A DNA stretch of 63,221 bases, filler included, from Reclinomonas americana ATCC 50394 (Eukaryota), in NCBI GenBank assembly GCA_048213135.1. It is 11 parts of 11 records of this genome, joined end to end, with 100 filler letters (N's around TTAATTAATTAA, not from the genome) between each part and the next. Parts side by side here need not be neighbours in the genome. Positions count along the whole stretch, not along the records: positions 1 to 10,226 come from AFZH01020380.1; positions 10,327 to 19,915 come from AFZH01020381.1; 9 more parts are not named here. One strand, written 5' to 3'. The translations under genes were made by a program, and so were the position numbers. The notes under the pieces are model-generated. The model ran no database searches. It worked only from the letters and a program-made list of their open reading frames with translations, and was not told the DNA's origin. This document shows positions 1 to 12,782 of the stretch, piece by piece; the stretch's first letter is position 1, and every line of letters begins with the position of its first letter.

Positions 1-313
1 ACCTTCCGTCTCGTTCACCCTCCTTCTCGTTCACCTCCCCTCTCATCCACCTTCCCTCTCGTCCATCTTCGCACTCTTCCCCTCTCCACGTCTTCCCCTT
101 CTCCCTTCTCTACCTTCCCCCTTCTCCCCCCTTCACCCCTTCACTCACTTCCGCCTTCTTTCTTCTCCCTTCTCCCTTTACCCTTCTTCTTTTTCCCCTT
201 CCCCCCTTCTCCCCCTTCTCCCTCCTTCCCCCTTCTCCTTCCCCCTTTCCCCTTCCCCCTTCCCCCTCTCCCTCCTTCTTCCCGTCACTGACTTCCCCCT
301 CCCCCTTCACCAG

Positions 314-1246
314 GACTTCCTGATCATGCTGCAGGGCGCCAACTCGGTCGCCGACCTCGACCTCACCGGCTCCCCACTCACCACGCTGCCTGACTACCGC
401 AAGTTTGTGATGTTGTACTCGTCCAGTGTCAGTTGCGTGCGGTCACTGCCCTCTTCCTCTTTGTCTGTGGTATGACATACTCTCTCTCTCTCTCTCTCAC
501 CAACTCCCTCTCTCAGCACTTTTCACTCTCTTACTCACTCTCTCCACTCGCTCATTACTTTCTTCTCTCCCTCGCGCTGCCCTTTCCCTCCTCCTCTCTC
601 TCTCACACCGCCTCCCTCTTTCAGCACTTTTCACTCTCTTACTCACTGTCTGCACCCGCTCATTACTTTCTTCTCTCCCTCGTGCTGCCCTTTCCCTCCT
701 TCTCTCTCTCTCTCATACCACCTCCCTCTCTCAGCTCTCATCTCTCTTGTCCTCTCTCTCTGCGCTCGCTCATTGCTATCTTCTCTTTCTCGCGCTGCCC
801 TTTCTCTCCTTCTCTCTTTCTCTCAACACTCATCACTTTCTTCTCTCCCTCGCGCTGCCCTTTCCCTCCTCCTCTCCCTCGTGCTGCCCTCTCCCTCCTT
901 CTCTCTCTCTCTCTCTCAACACTCTTCACTTTCTTCCATCCTTCTCTCTCTGTGCCTCTTCCTCACCGCTCATTCTGCGTCTTTGCAGGCTCCCTCGACG
1001 GCACCGAAATCACCAACCAGCAACGCATCTTTGTGCGCAACCTGGAGGAACAGAAGCGCAGGAGACGGCCATCGGTTCCACGGTTCCGTGTTGATCTGGC
1101 GTTCGTGTGTGGAGGTTGCAGAAGTCTCACTGTCGTGCTGGTACAGCGAGGAAGGCGCAGGCAGCAGTGCCTCTGCGCCGGGAGGCGGCCTCGGTGGACC
1201 GACCAGCACGGGCTTGTCACGGCAGGGTTCACAGCCGCGAATGTGA
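314..1246 (+). CDS. 3' part of a spliced SDS22/U2A'-type leucine-rich repeat protein with an LRRcap motif (5' end outside the window)
   Basis: Exons at ~314-427, ~989-1074 and ~1147-1246 read DFLIMLQGANSVADLDLTGSPLTTLPDYRKFVMLYSS / SLDGTEITNQQRIFVRNLEEQKRRR. This matches the LRRcap pattern LxLxxNPxxxxxxYRxxV...LDGxxI. Polypyrimidine-AG acceptors precede the exons. Confidence 0.7.
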
Positions 1247-1926
1247 TGATGAGTGTGGCGTGAAAAAGCTTGCGGTTCTGTTTTGTTCGCCTCCTGCTTG
1301 CGTTGTGGACCTGGTGGAAACGCACCCCCGTCACTTCAACAGCATCGCCGCGAGAGCAGCACTGACAGCGACTACTTCTTCAACTACAGCGACAATTGCA
1401 ACAATCTCAGCCCCAGTCACAGCTGCAGCCTCAGTCGCACCGTTGACTCCATAGCAGCAGAACGCGCCTCATTAAGGAGGACATGGACGTTTTTCGCGTT
1501 GTTTCAAGGATCGTTTCATGCACCTGTGGACCTCAATTCTTTGACGCACCTCTCGACAAGCCTGTGCACTCTATGCCCTTGAACCGATGCGCAGCGTGAG
1601 TGTGATTAGCGTCATATATGCTGCGATGACCAAGGCACAAACTACGATCGTCTTCTCCTCACATCCACGAGGCAACGCCAATCGCTTGCTGCTCTTTTCT
1701 TCCTGACCCGCCCTTTTTACCCTCAATACGACTGTGCGCAGAGCAGCTATGCCCTTGGCCCCTTCTCCCTCTGCATCCCACTGCGACGTTAACGTTCATC
1801 AACTTCACGACGTCGCACGAAGCCAAGAACCGCCATCTCGCCACAGACAACAGACTTGTAGAAGAAGCACTTCCCTCACCTCCCCAGCCTTTTCCTCCCC
1901 ACACCCCTTCCCCTCCCCACCCTTTC

Positions 1927-1946
1927 CCAAATTTTGGCGCCAAAAA
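1927..1946. promoter_or_regulatory. Palindromic E2F-like element (TTTTGGCGCCAAAA) ~30 nt upstream of the SFI1-like ATG
   Basis: Perfect 14-bp palindrome at 1932-1945 matching the E2F consensus TTTSSCGC on both strands. A near-identical motif occurs at 56102-56122. Confidence 0.45.
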
Positions 1947-1975
1947 TCAACGACACACACAACATTCACTCATCG

Positions 1976-4757
1976 ATGGAGAAAAGTCGACGCTCTCGCC
2001 GGTCGACCTCTCCCACCGGCGGCGCACCCACGCTGCTCACTGCGTACCGATCCACGCGTGAGCGCATCGCCGATCAGCGTCGCCGACCACCATCCAGCGA
2101 AGACGAAGTCGATGATGAGGAACTGTCGCCGACCTCTCGCCACCCTCTCAAGCCTCCATTGTCTGCCTCTGCAGCAAAGAGGTGCGTTGTCTTGTGCCTC
2201 TCTCTCACACTCACACACAGATCTTACTCGTGTTGATAGAGACTCGCCATCGCCACATCGAGCGTACCTGCACTCGGTCTCACCGATCCGCGATCGCCAT
2301 CACGGATTGCGGCCGACTCCATCGCTCATGGGCGACTTTATGTTGCGCTCTCTGTGTTCTCATTCTCACTTTCCGTCACATGAGTCTCACCGCACATGCA
2401 CGCACAGTCCCACCGACACGAAGCGATTAGTGCGATCGGTCGATGGTCCGCCTCCTCGCCTCGGCAGCAGCACCACTCACACGCGATCGCCTTCACCTCC
2501 TCCTGTTCCACCTCCACCTCCACCACCACAAGACGCATCGTTCTTTGTCTCGTCCTCGTCGGCATCGTCGTCTCCAGAGGCGCAGCCGCCAGTGCCTGTG
2601 CCCGCCACTCCCATCGCTCCCTCCATGTCGATGCTCTCCGAGTCATCGCTGATGGTCTCGCCTTTGTCGACCATGACAGTGGCCACGCCTGTGGTGCGTG
2701 CTCCGCCTGTGGCCACCGACGATATGCCGTTGCATCGACAGCAGCAGCAAAGGAGACGTGCGCCGACGGACGACGAAATCAAGGCCAAGCTGATGCTCTT
2801 GTCGCGAAAGCAGCCGCGTACTCGCACGCCATCGCCAGCCAGAGTCGTCGAGTCGGTGGAGAGCTCACGTGGGCTGCTGGAGTCGCTGCCTGAGGTGTGT
2901 TCTCTCTTGCGTGCTTGCTGGTGAAGTTGTTTGTTGACTTGTCGAAGCAGCCGGTTCTGTTCCATGCACGGCGCCCTTCGCCGCAGCGATCTCTCGTCAT
3001 CGAGGCACCCACTCCAGAGCCTGCCCCGTTGCCTCCACAACCTGCCCCAACCAGGCCGCCTCTGCATGGTGAGTGCGATCAAACTCTCGTCGCATGTGAG
3101 AGACTCACTTTTCCAATCGCCCTGCAGAACGTCGACCCTTGCAAGACCCCACTTCCACCACAAGCACCACCACCGTTACTGTGGAGGATCGACCTACGCA
3201 AGTGCCCCGCTTGCGCACCGATCCCTCTCCACCGCCAAGAAGACCCGCGCATGCTCCCGCCGTGCCGACGCCCTCATTACCCGCACCTCAATCGGCGCCA
3301 TCGTACCCCGCACAGCCACTGCCACCTCCCCCACCACTTGTTGTTTCCACACCTGCGTCACAGGCGGCGTGGCAACCAACATCATCCTCAGCGGCAACGA
3401 CGGCGGCGGCGGCCAAACGGCCGGCTCTCCACCACACCCTGTCGCAAGCGGAACGTGGCCTCGGCGTGACTGCCACTCAAGCATCGCCTCAAATGGCAGT
3501 CGTCCGCCCCGCCGCACTCTCCAGCAGGCCATCTGCGTTCGAGTCGCCGCACTTGCCGACACTGCGAGGCGGTCCATCGCCTGTCCCCGTGACGACAACA
3601 ACAACAGCACCCGCCCCTTTTATTACGGCTCCGGCGATTGGTGACAGCGAGCGCACAGTGTCGATGGAGCGCTCCAGTCGCGAGTACTGCGATGCCGTCG
3701 GTCGCATGCACATGGTGGAGATGGAGGTGCTGCGGAGGTTGCGCATGGAGGCACACGACCGCCAGCGACAAGCATTGGAGCCGACGCTGGAGGTGCTCGA
3801 ACGGTTGCGTGAGTTGCGGGAAAAGGAGCGTGATCTGCTGGCGGTGGCGGCCGCAGAACGCGCCGCCCGCACGCCACCCACCATGACCTACGAGGATGCA
3901 CTGGAGGTTGATCGGAGGCGGCCAGCGGAACGGAAATCGGTTGATGGACAGGCGCGATCGGCGAGTGCGGGTCGGTTGGGCAGGCCCAAGCCGCCGCAGC
4001 CGCCATCAGCAACGGCGGGTACGGCAACGCAGGACAAGACGGCGGGGAAGCCGCTGCGAATGCCCAAGGTTGGTGTTGCGGAGAGAGGGAGGAGAGGTCT
4101 TCTTGCTGTCACTTCTCTTCCTCCTTTCTCTTGTATGATTTCTTCTGTTCTGTTCTCTTCTCATCTCCACTCTCTTCTCTTTCCTTCTCATCACCTTCCT
4201 TCCCCGCTGCTCGTTTACTTTCCGGTTTCCCGTCTTCTAAAGAGAATCTAAGAGAAGTAGTGATTGAGGCAGAGAGACTAGAGCAACAGACAGACAGTCG
4301 AAGAGAGAGACAATATAAAAAACCATGTTGGGCAAGGAGAAGCCAGCGAGTTGTAAGTGGCGACAGAAAAGACAAGATTGCAGTTTTCTGTCTCACCTTG
4401 TCACTCTTTCCCTTGCTTTCCTTCTGCTCCTTTCTTTTCTTTATTCTGCACTTCCCTTTTCTCTCGTTTCACCCTCGCTATTCTCGTTTCCTCATCCCGT
4501 CTATCTTCTGTTCCCTTCACTTCCCTTCTCACTCCTCTCTCGTCTCCTCTACTCGTCTCCTCCTCTCTTTTTTCTTTTCGTGTCTTTCCTTTTCTTCTAT
4601 TTCCTTGTTTTCCATTCTCTTCTATTCTCATCTCGTCTCATCTCTTCTCTTCCTGTCTCATCTCACTTCATCTCTTGTTCTCTTCTCTTCATCCCATACT
4701 TGCCTCTTCCTTCTTTCTCTTTCTGTCTCTGTTGTCATCTCCTCTCCTCTCCTCTCT

Positions 4758-4800
<43 letters not shown>

Positions 4801-7800
4801 CCTCTCCTCTCCTCTCCTCTCCTCTCCTCTCCTCTCCTCTCCTCTCCTCTCCTCTCCTCTCCTCTTGCCTCTCCTCTCCTCCCTCTCCTCCCTTTCCTGT
4901 TCTCTCCTCTCCACTCCTCGCTTCACCGCTTCCCTCATCCCTCCTCCTCCTCCTCTCCCCTTCTCCCCCCTTCTCTTCTCCACCTTTTCCGCCTTCCCCC
5001 CTTTCCCTTTCCCCTTCCAGGAACTCGCCCCACCACCCAACACCGCCGCCGCATTATCACTGGTGGCCACGCTGCGCACCAAGTACACTGCCAAACTCTT
5101 CCTCCTCGCTCTGCGCGCCCGCAGCGCGGCATCACGATGGATTCGACTGGCGATCGGCAGCATTGAGGAGCGCATCAACAGTTTTGTGTCTCGCTTCCTC
5201 CTTCGCCTGCCCTCCTCTTTGCCTTTTTCTGAACGCCACCCACAGACGAGAGACTGCGCACGGCATTCATGGCGCTCACCAAGTTGGCGGAGCCGGTGAG
5301 CGTACTGCGGCCACTCGGTCAGCGAGCGGCGCAGATTGTTCGACGGTGGGAGCTGCGTCGTTTCTGTCGGCGATGGCGACGTGCCACGTGCCTCAGTCTG
5401 CAAGCCGCAACGGAGCACAAAAAGGCCGACGATTTGTTCAGGAGGCACACGCTGCGGCGGTTTCTCACATGGTGGCAGGCGTCGTTGCGGTACCGCGCCA
5501 GGCAGCACGAGTTGGAGGCCGTGGCCGACAGGGTGAGCAGAAATCTACCTTTATTGCTCACTCCTTCATTGTGCTCATCATCATCGCGGCGCGCAGTGGA
5601 TGGTGCAATCGCTGCGCATGCAGTACTTTGTTCACTGGCAGGAGGCTCTTCGTCGTGCCGAGTTTGCGAAGGTCTGTCTTCTCACCATCTTCCCTTCCTG
5701 TTTCACCTCTCATCTCCGCTCTCCAATCAGCAACGACTGTTGGCGTTTGGCACCGGTCGCTTTGGCGCCGATGGCAAGCATGCGGGGCGCGCACCGTCTC
5801 GGTACACATTATCGCACTCCTTCCTTCTTCACACTTGGCCGTGTCCTCAACCCCCCTTCCCCTCTGTCAGCGCCCTGTCTCAGAAGCGCGTCATTGACTT
5901 TTTCCGATTGATGCGCTACGAGCAGGACGACAAGGTTCGCCGCATCCTCGCGACACCCGAGCTCTCTGCTCCACCGCGACGCGCCTCGTTGTGGCGGCGG
6001 CGGAGGCTGGAGGAGTCGTCGAAGCGCGAGCAAGAGTCGGCACTCACCATCGACGACATTGCCAGCCCGCGACGAGAAGTGGTGGCACCATCAGTCGCCT
6101 CGGCTGTCATCGTTCATCGGCCGCAGTCACTGGTGTGGATCTCGTTGTCGCCTTGGTTTCATTCGCTGCATGTCTAACGTGTTGATTGACTCAGACGAGT
6201 CGGCAAGTCGAGTCGTGGGCCGCCGGTCGACGCCTTGTGTCGCACACCTTTAGGAGATGGCGCCAGGCATTCTTCCATCGGTGGGTGTCGACACATCACA
6301 CTTGCGCAGACTGTCTCCTGTCCTCATTTTGCACGCAGTCAAAAAGAACATCTGGCTGACGAGCACCACGTGCGACAACTGGCTCGCAACGTGTTCTCCT
6401 CGTGGCGCCACGTCATTCAAGTTCACGATCGAGTGTTTCGTTCTCTTTCGCTGTTGCGTCTCTCGAGAAGCTGCTTGCTTATTCGTTGTGTTGCGCAGCG
6501 TGCAACAATTTCGCACGATTCGCCTCATTGGCTTGGCGCATCGCTGTTTCGAGGCGTGGCGGCACTACTCCCAGGCCCCAGCTGTGCTCGCCAGTGAGTT
6601 TCATCAGCAGCAGCTCGTGCGGGTTCGTTGTGTGCTTGTCTCAGTCGTTGGTATCGCTGCGTCTCACCCCGTGCAATCATGCGCCAGACGTGCTTTGATC
6701 ACTGGCAAATGTACATGGAATCTCGCGTTCGTCGGTACCTTTTCGTGGACAAGCTGCAGCGATGGCATCGCCATTTGTTGCTGCAGCGGGCTTTCGAGGT
6801 GCGTTTCTGTTTGGATGACGGCCATTGAGCGTGCAACTCACCTTTCGTGTGCACCAGGCGTGGAAACTGTTTCATGAACAGAAAACAGTCAAGCGCTCGG
6901 TCAACTCCGTCGTCCGTCGACTGCAGCGAGTTAGTTTGTGTCGCCGAGTGTTTTCGCGGTGGTGCGAACATGTTCCCAGTTGCGCTGAGCGAGGGGAGGG
7001 AGAGAGAGATAAGAGTGGAGTGAGGAGAGAGACGGTCTGCAGTAGACACTCCTCTGCTCCATCTTTGCACCTCGCATCCGAGTCAGCAAGTGGTCGATTA
7101 TCTGCCCCCGTGCTGTTGTCAATCACACCCCTCTTCCCCGCTCTTTTCTGCATTCCTCTCCCATGCTTTCCACTTTCCTGCAATTCTCTTTCCTGCTCTT
7201 CTCTTCCCTGCTCATCTCTTCCCTGCTTATCCTTCCCCGCTCTTCTCTTCTCGTGCTCCCCTCTTGCCTGCTCTTCTCTTTTCTGCTATTGTCTTCCCCA
7301 CTCTATTCCCTGCTCTCCTCTTTCCCGCCCTTCGCCTCCCTGCTTTTGTCTTTCTTCTCTTCTCTTTCCTGCATTTATCTCCCATGTTTCCTATTTCCGT
7401 GCTCTCCTCTTCCCGTGCTCTTCTCCTCTCTTCTCTTCTGTGCTCTTCTTCTCATTGCTCTTCTCTTCCCTACCTTTCTCTTCCCTGCTCTTCTCATCAT
7501 GTCTCTTCTCTCTTTCCTGTTTTCTCTTTCCTGCTCTTCTGCTTCCTGCGCTCCCCTTCCGTGCTCTCCTCTTTTCTGCTCTTAGCTTCCCTGCTCTTCT
7601 CTTTCCTGCTCTCCTCATTCCTGTTCTCCTCCTAATTGCTCCCCTCATCCTGTGCTCTCCTCTACCCGTGCTCTCCTCATTCGTGCTCTCCTCATTCGTG
7701 GTCTCCTCATTCGTGCTCTCCTCATTCATGCTCTCCTCTTCCCTGCTCTCCTGTTTTCTGCTCTTCTGTTTTCTGCTCTCCTCTTCTCGTGCTCTTCTCT

Positions 7801-10427
7801 CACTCCTCTCTTTCCCTTCTTGTCTTCCCTGCTTTTGTCTTCCCTATCTTTCTCTTCCCTGCCCTACTCTTCTCCTCGTTGCCCTTCTCTTCCCCACTCA
7901 CTTCTTGTCTTCTCAACACAGAGACACAACTCCTGCGCCGTGTATTCACCACCGCGGTGGAGGCGTGGCGCGAGTATCTCGCCACATCGCCATTCGTGCG
8001 CCAGTACGAGCTGCTGAAGGAGATTTTTCACCAATGGTGCGTCCTATTCTCTCTTCCCTCTTTCTGGCCTCCCTCTCGTTCACATGCAAGCACAGGCGCT
8101 TCGTGGCACACCGATCGGAGCGAATCGCACGAGAACGAGCACAAGTGGCCAGCAGTGACGCCTTTCGTCACACTCGCTTGCAAGTTTATGCATTTCGGTG
8201 GGCTCACAAACGCGCTTTTCTTCCTCACACTCTGCATCTCCCCTCTTCACTCACTCATTCTGCAGACGATGGCAGCGAGCATTTCTGCTGCGACGCAAGT
8301 TTGGCCGACGTTGCGTTAGCCTGCATCTTTTGGTGGAACTCACCCTCGCACACTTTGGCTGACATTTCCTTCTGCCGCTGCAGTCACCATGTCGCACGTG
8401 CGCCGCACCCTGCGGTGGGCCTTTGCGCGCTGGTCGGTGCGCTTCAACAACTCGCTTCGTCGAGCCGACCACTGGTGTCGCTTGGCGCACTTGCGTCGGC
8501 ACTGGCGCATGTGGCGAAAGGCACTGGCTGCACATCGACGGCGCAACGGTCGACTGCTGCAGTTTCGTGCATCCTTTGTCGGCGCTGCATGCTGCGAGTT
8601 TAGCGCTCATTCCTTTCGTCACCACAGGCAAGTGTTTGAGGCGTGGCGTGCGTGCACTGCGCGAGCGTGCCACACGATGCCAGCCAAGTTGCGTCGCAGT
8701 GATTGCAGTTCACAATCTTCGTGCCGCTGACATGAGTGCAGGCTGCACAACATCCTCCTGCAACGTCGAGCGTTTCGAGTGTGGCAGGAACAGTTGCAGG
8801 AGCAGCGGTTGACGACCATTGCACTGTCGGCCCGGCGGCGCTTGCTGGTGCGACGAGTGTTTGCTGAGTGGCGCAACTACAGTTTACGACGGTGTGTGAG
8901 ACTGCTTACAACCAAGCGCGGAGTGCAAGTGATGACACTTTCTCTTGCCACAGTGACAAGGAACGCCGATTCGATCGCATGCTGCGTCGCATGACACTGG
9001 TCATTCAGTGCCGGCCAGTATTCAACTGGTGGTGGGAGCAGTTTGCCTATCGGCGACACGTGCGCAAGTCGGCGGGGCAGGTGGTGAGTTGACATGTGAA
9101 AAGGGGGAGGGCGTGGGGTGTTGTCCTTTTGTTGATGTCATCCCTTTCTCTCGCTTCTCTGTATGCACCCCTCAACTATCATCACTGATCTTTCTCGTTA
9201 CTCATCTCTTCGTTCTGTCTGTTCAGCATTCTCCTCGTGCGCCTCCACTCGCTCATCTCTCGGTTGTACATTGCCATACCTTTCTCTCCCTTTCTTTCTT
9301 TCCGTCTCTCTTTATCCATGTCGTCATTTGTGATTCCTTCGGCTCTCTTCCCATCCCGTTTTCTCATCTCTTCTCTCACTACTTCTTCTCACCCTGTCGC
9401 TTCTCTTCTGCTTCTCGCTTTCTCCTCATGCTTGTCTCGGCTCATTTGTTTCTTCTCTTCACTTCTCACCCCCTCTACATTCTGTCACCCCCACGCATGT
9501 CCCTCTAACCTTCTCATTGTTTCTCTACATTCATATCCCATCTCTCCTCTCAATTGCATCTCGTCAAAGAGGTTCTCATTCCTTCTCTTCATACCTGTTT
9601 CACACCTTTCTTTGTCATTGCTTATCTTCCCGTCACATGCCATCACTCCCCGACGTGAATGTTTTTCAGATCTTGCCCTTCTCTTATCGCATCTACCCAT
9701 CTGCTGTTCTCCGTTCTTTCCCCTTCCCATCCGCTCCAGCACTTCTCACTCATCATATCGCGCCACCTCTCTTGCTATCCAGTGCTTCTAATCTTCTCTT
9801 CGTGTTCCTTTCGGTTTCACACCTCTCATTTCACCCCCTCTCTCCTCTTTCCCTTCTCATATCTTCCCGTCTCGCTCATCCATTCTGCCTCTCCACCCTC
9901 CTTTCTTCCCTCCTCTCTCCTCTCTCCTCTTCCCTTCGTCCCCTTCCTTGCTCTCCTTCATCGCCCTCCTTTCCCTCATCTCCCTCTTCTCTTTCCCTTT
10001 CTCATCTCCCTTCCCCTTCCCCTTCGCCCCCCTTAGGTGAAGCGCCGTCGCTCCAACACCCTTCGCCGCACATTCCGCCTCTGGCGACGCCTCCTGGGTG
10101 ACATGCAACGCGAGCGAATCACATGGGAACGCGCAGTGCAATTCTCCGACGGCAAGCTGATTTCACGCTTGGTACAACGCATGGTTGGTCTTTCACCTTT
10201 ACTTTTCTCTCTCTCTCTCTCTCTCTNNNNNNNNNNNNNNNNNNNNNNNNNNNNNNNNNNNNNNNNNNNNTTAATTAATTAANNNNNNNNNNNNNNNNNN
10301 NNNNNNNNNNNNNNNNNNNNNNNNNNACGACGACGACGACGTACGTACGTACGTACGTACGTACGTACGTACGTACGTACGTACGTACGTACGTACGTAC
10401 GTACGTACGTACGTACGTACGTACGTC

Positions 10428-10512
<85 letters not shown>

Positions 10513-12698
10513 CACCTACTTCTAATCTTCTCTTCTTCCCACGCACAGGATACCACCGACATTCTCTCGCAAACCCGCATCACTGGCGCGCTGGCCTCGC
10601 GTCGTGTTCGCTGGTTTCCGCAAAGCGTGGCCTTTGACGAAGCTCGTTTGCGTTTGTCGCTGCGCGTCTTCTCCACGCTGCGCATGTATGCAGCCAAGCG
10701 CAAGGTCCGTCACAACACCGTAGTGCTGGTCGCTCACGCACCCACGTTTCTCTGTTTCACAGAGCTCCCGCCGCGACTCGCGCGCCATCACCCCACGCGT
10801 ATTCCACCAGATTGCCCGTCGCATCGTGCTGCCTTACTTCTTTCGCAAGTGGGTCCAGAAGACGCGTCTGGCACTGCGCTCTGACGCGCAGCCTGGTCGT
10901 CGGTCTGCCAAGGTAAGCATCGAAAAGTTGTGTTTCATTTATTACTTGTCGCGTTAATCACCACACTTCGCAGGCGGAGGCACCCGCCGACGAAATCTCG
11001 GCACTGCAAGAGGCGGTGGCACAACGCATCAACGACTTGGGACGCCGACCAGATCCGCACTTGGAGCGTTCCCGACAGCGCTACGTGGCCACGTTTACTG
11101 GCACGCCGACTGCCGTTGCGACGGAGAAAGGCGATGTGTCGGAGAGCGCGCTTGCCCGTCGACCGAGCCCCCTCCTTCGCCGCGACGCGCCTCCTTCAGT
11201 GGCGTCTGCCACGGTGCGCCATCCGAGCCCACTGAACAGGCGTGACGTGTCTCCCTCGCCGGCAATGGCCACACCGCAGGCCGACAGAATGCTGGCGGAG
11301 CACGCTCACCTGCAGCGATTTACGGTGGATCGCCAGCGGGCAGAGTTTCTTCAGACGCCACTTTCAGCTTCCGCTTCTTCTTTTGCCTCCAGTGACGGTC
11401 AGCGCACGCCACGCGCCGACGGCGTGCTGGCCGAGCATGCGGTGGAGAAGCGATTGACTACCGATCGTCAACGCCGCGAATTCATCGCCACTCCACTCGC
11501 GCAACCGACTGTGGGTGACCGCGACGCCACACCTCTGGCGGAGAGTGTGCTGGCGGAGCACGCCGTGGAGAAGAAGTTGGCAGTGGACCGACAACGCCGT
11601 GAGTTTGTCACCGCTCCACTCGCGCAGGCGGCTGTGGGCGATCGCGACGCAACACCACGGGCCGATGGCGTGCTGGCAGAGCATGTCGTGGAGAAGCGAC
11701 TGGCCGCCGACCGACAGCGCCGTGAGTTTGTCACGGCTCCATTGGCGCAGCCGGGTGAGGGTGACCACGACACCACACCATTGGCGGAAAGTGTGCTGCT
11801 TGAGCACGCTCTGGCGCGGCGATTGACGGCAGAGTCACAACGCTACGAGTTCCTGTCCAAGCCTCTCGTCGGCTCCACCGTCACCAATGGCGATACGTCG
11901 GCGACGCCATTCGCTGACTCCTTGTTGGCGAATCAGCGCGTGGCGGCCAGTCAGCAGCGACAGGAGTTTATGCAGATGGCTCCGCTCAGCGACAGCGGAC
12001 AAAGTCGCAGCAGTAGCACACCTCGTGCAGACGCTGTTCTTCACGAGGCCGCGGAGCAGCAGCGCCTGAACGTGGGCCGACAGCGCGCCGATTTTGTGGT
12101 GGACACCCTGGAGCGTGAGCTCGGCAGTACTGGTCTGTGTCGTTCCGTGTCGCCGGTGACGGCCACGTCGGTGCGGTTGTCGGCGGCGGCAAGTAGCGAG
12201 AATCTCGTCACGCGTCAGGCCGCCGAGGCGCGTGATCGACGACTGGCCGCCATTGGTTTTGTGCTCGTTCCGCGGCACACCGACATCATGGCGAAGCCGC
12301 CGACGCCGTCTCCATCAACCCGACCGCCGGCTGCACCACCGCCACTGTCGTCCTCTGCAACCCGCGCGGCGCCTCCTCGATCACCTCTGCAATCTCCAGG
12401 ACAGCGGCGACAGAATCGCCTGTTGCCGTCGCCCACGCCTGCGGGTGAGGACGGCAGCCGCCTGAAGCAGGCCTCGCGCGGCATTCTCGTCAGCAAGCCA
12501 GTGAAGCAACCGAAAAAGAAGATTACCAGCGCCAAGCCGCCCACCCCGCGGCGCGTGGACGGCACGGAGGACACGGAGAACGTGACGGTGACGGTGGATT
12601 TGTCGAGGCATGTGCGGCAGGCGGCCGCCAAGTCTCCGCAGTCGTCGCCGAAACTGGCCACCAGCCACCGAAGTGCGTCGCTCACGAAGTTCTTGTAG
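1976..12698 (+). CDS. SFI1: SFI1-like centrin-binding repeat protein (multi-exon; Pro/Ser-rich N-terminus, many SFI1-type repeats, tandem-repeat C-terminus); spans the linker at 10227-10326
   Basis: ATG at 1976 (MEKSRRSRR). Successive exons carry LxxxFxxW-type repeats: LRRFCRRWRRA, LRRFLTWWQAS, LRMQYFVHWQEA, LARNVFSSWRHV, LAHRCFEAWRHY, MRQTCFDHWQMY, LRWAFARWSVRF, LVRRVFAEWRNY, LRRTFRLWRRLL. Similar content (LSLRVFSTLRMYA) continues after the linker. The last exon ends KFL* at 12698. Single-gene continuity is inferred. Confidence 0.7.
10227..10326. other. Artificial assembly linker (44N-TTAATTAATTAA-44N); identical linkers at 19916-20015, 25092-25191, 35219-35318, 40144-40243, 43015-43114, 48893-48992, 52917-53016, 57013-57112, 59818-59917
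   Basis: Ten identical 100-nt blocks with stop codons in all six frames flanked by N runs. Confidence 0.98.
10327..10510. repeat. (ACG)n-(ACGT)n tract followed by a (CT)n microsatellite at a contig end
   Basis: About 22 ACGT units at 10339-10426, then (CT)n to ~10510. Confidence 0.95.
11268..12110 (+). repeat. Coding tandem repeat, 7 copies of ~41 aa (123 nt), in the SFI1-like C-terminus
   Basis: TPRADGVLAEHAVEKRLTTDRQRREFIATPLAQPTVGDRDA-like units. The four central copies are spaced 123 nt apart. Confidence 0.9.
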
Positions 12699-12782
12699 AG
12701 ACTCTACCTCCTCTTTTTCTTTTACTAGCTATAAACAACAACAAGGAGTGCACGTGCGCGCATTAAAGGAGTGATAATACAA

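Noticed and set aside
4131..10101. Long Leu/Ser/Phe/Pro-rich ORFs (e.g. 4131-5897, 6825-8603) resembling membrane proteins
   Set aside because: They read through CT-rich introns of the SFI1-like gene; pyrimidine tracts simply lack stop codons.
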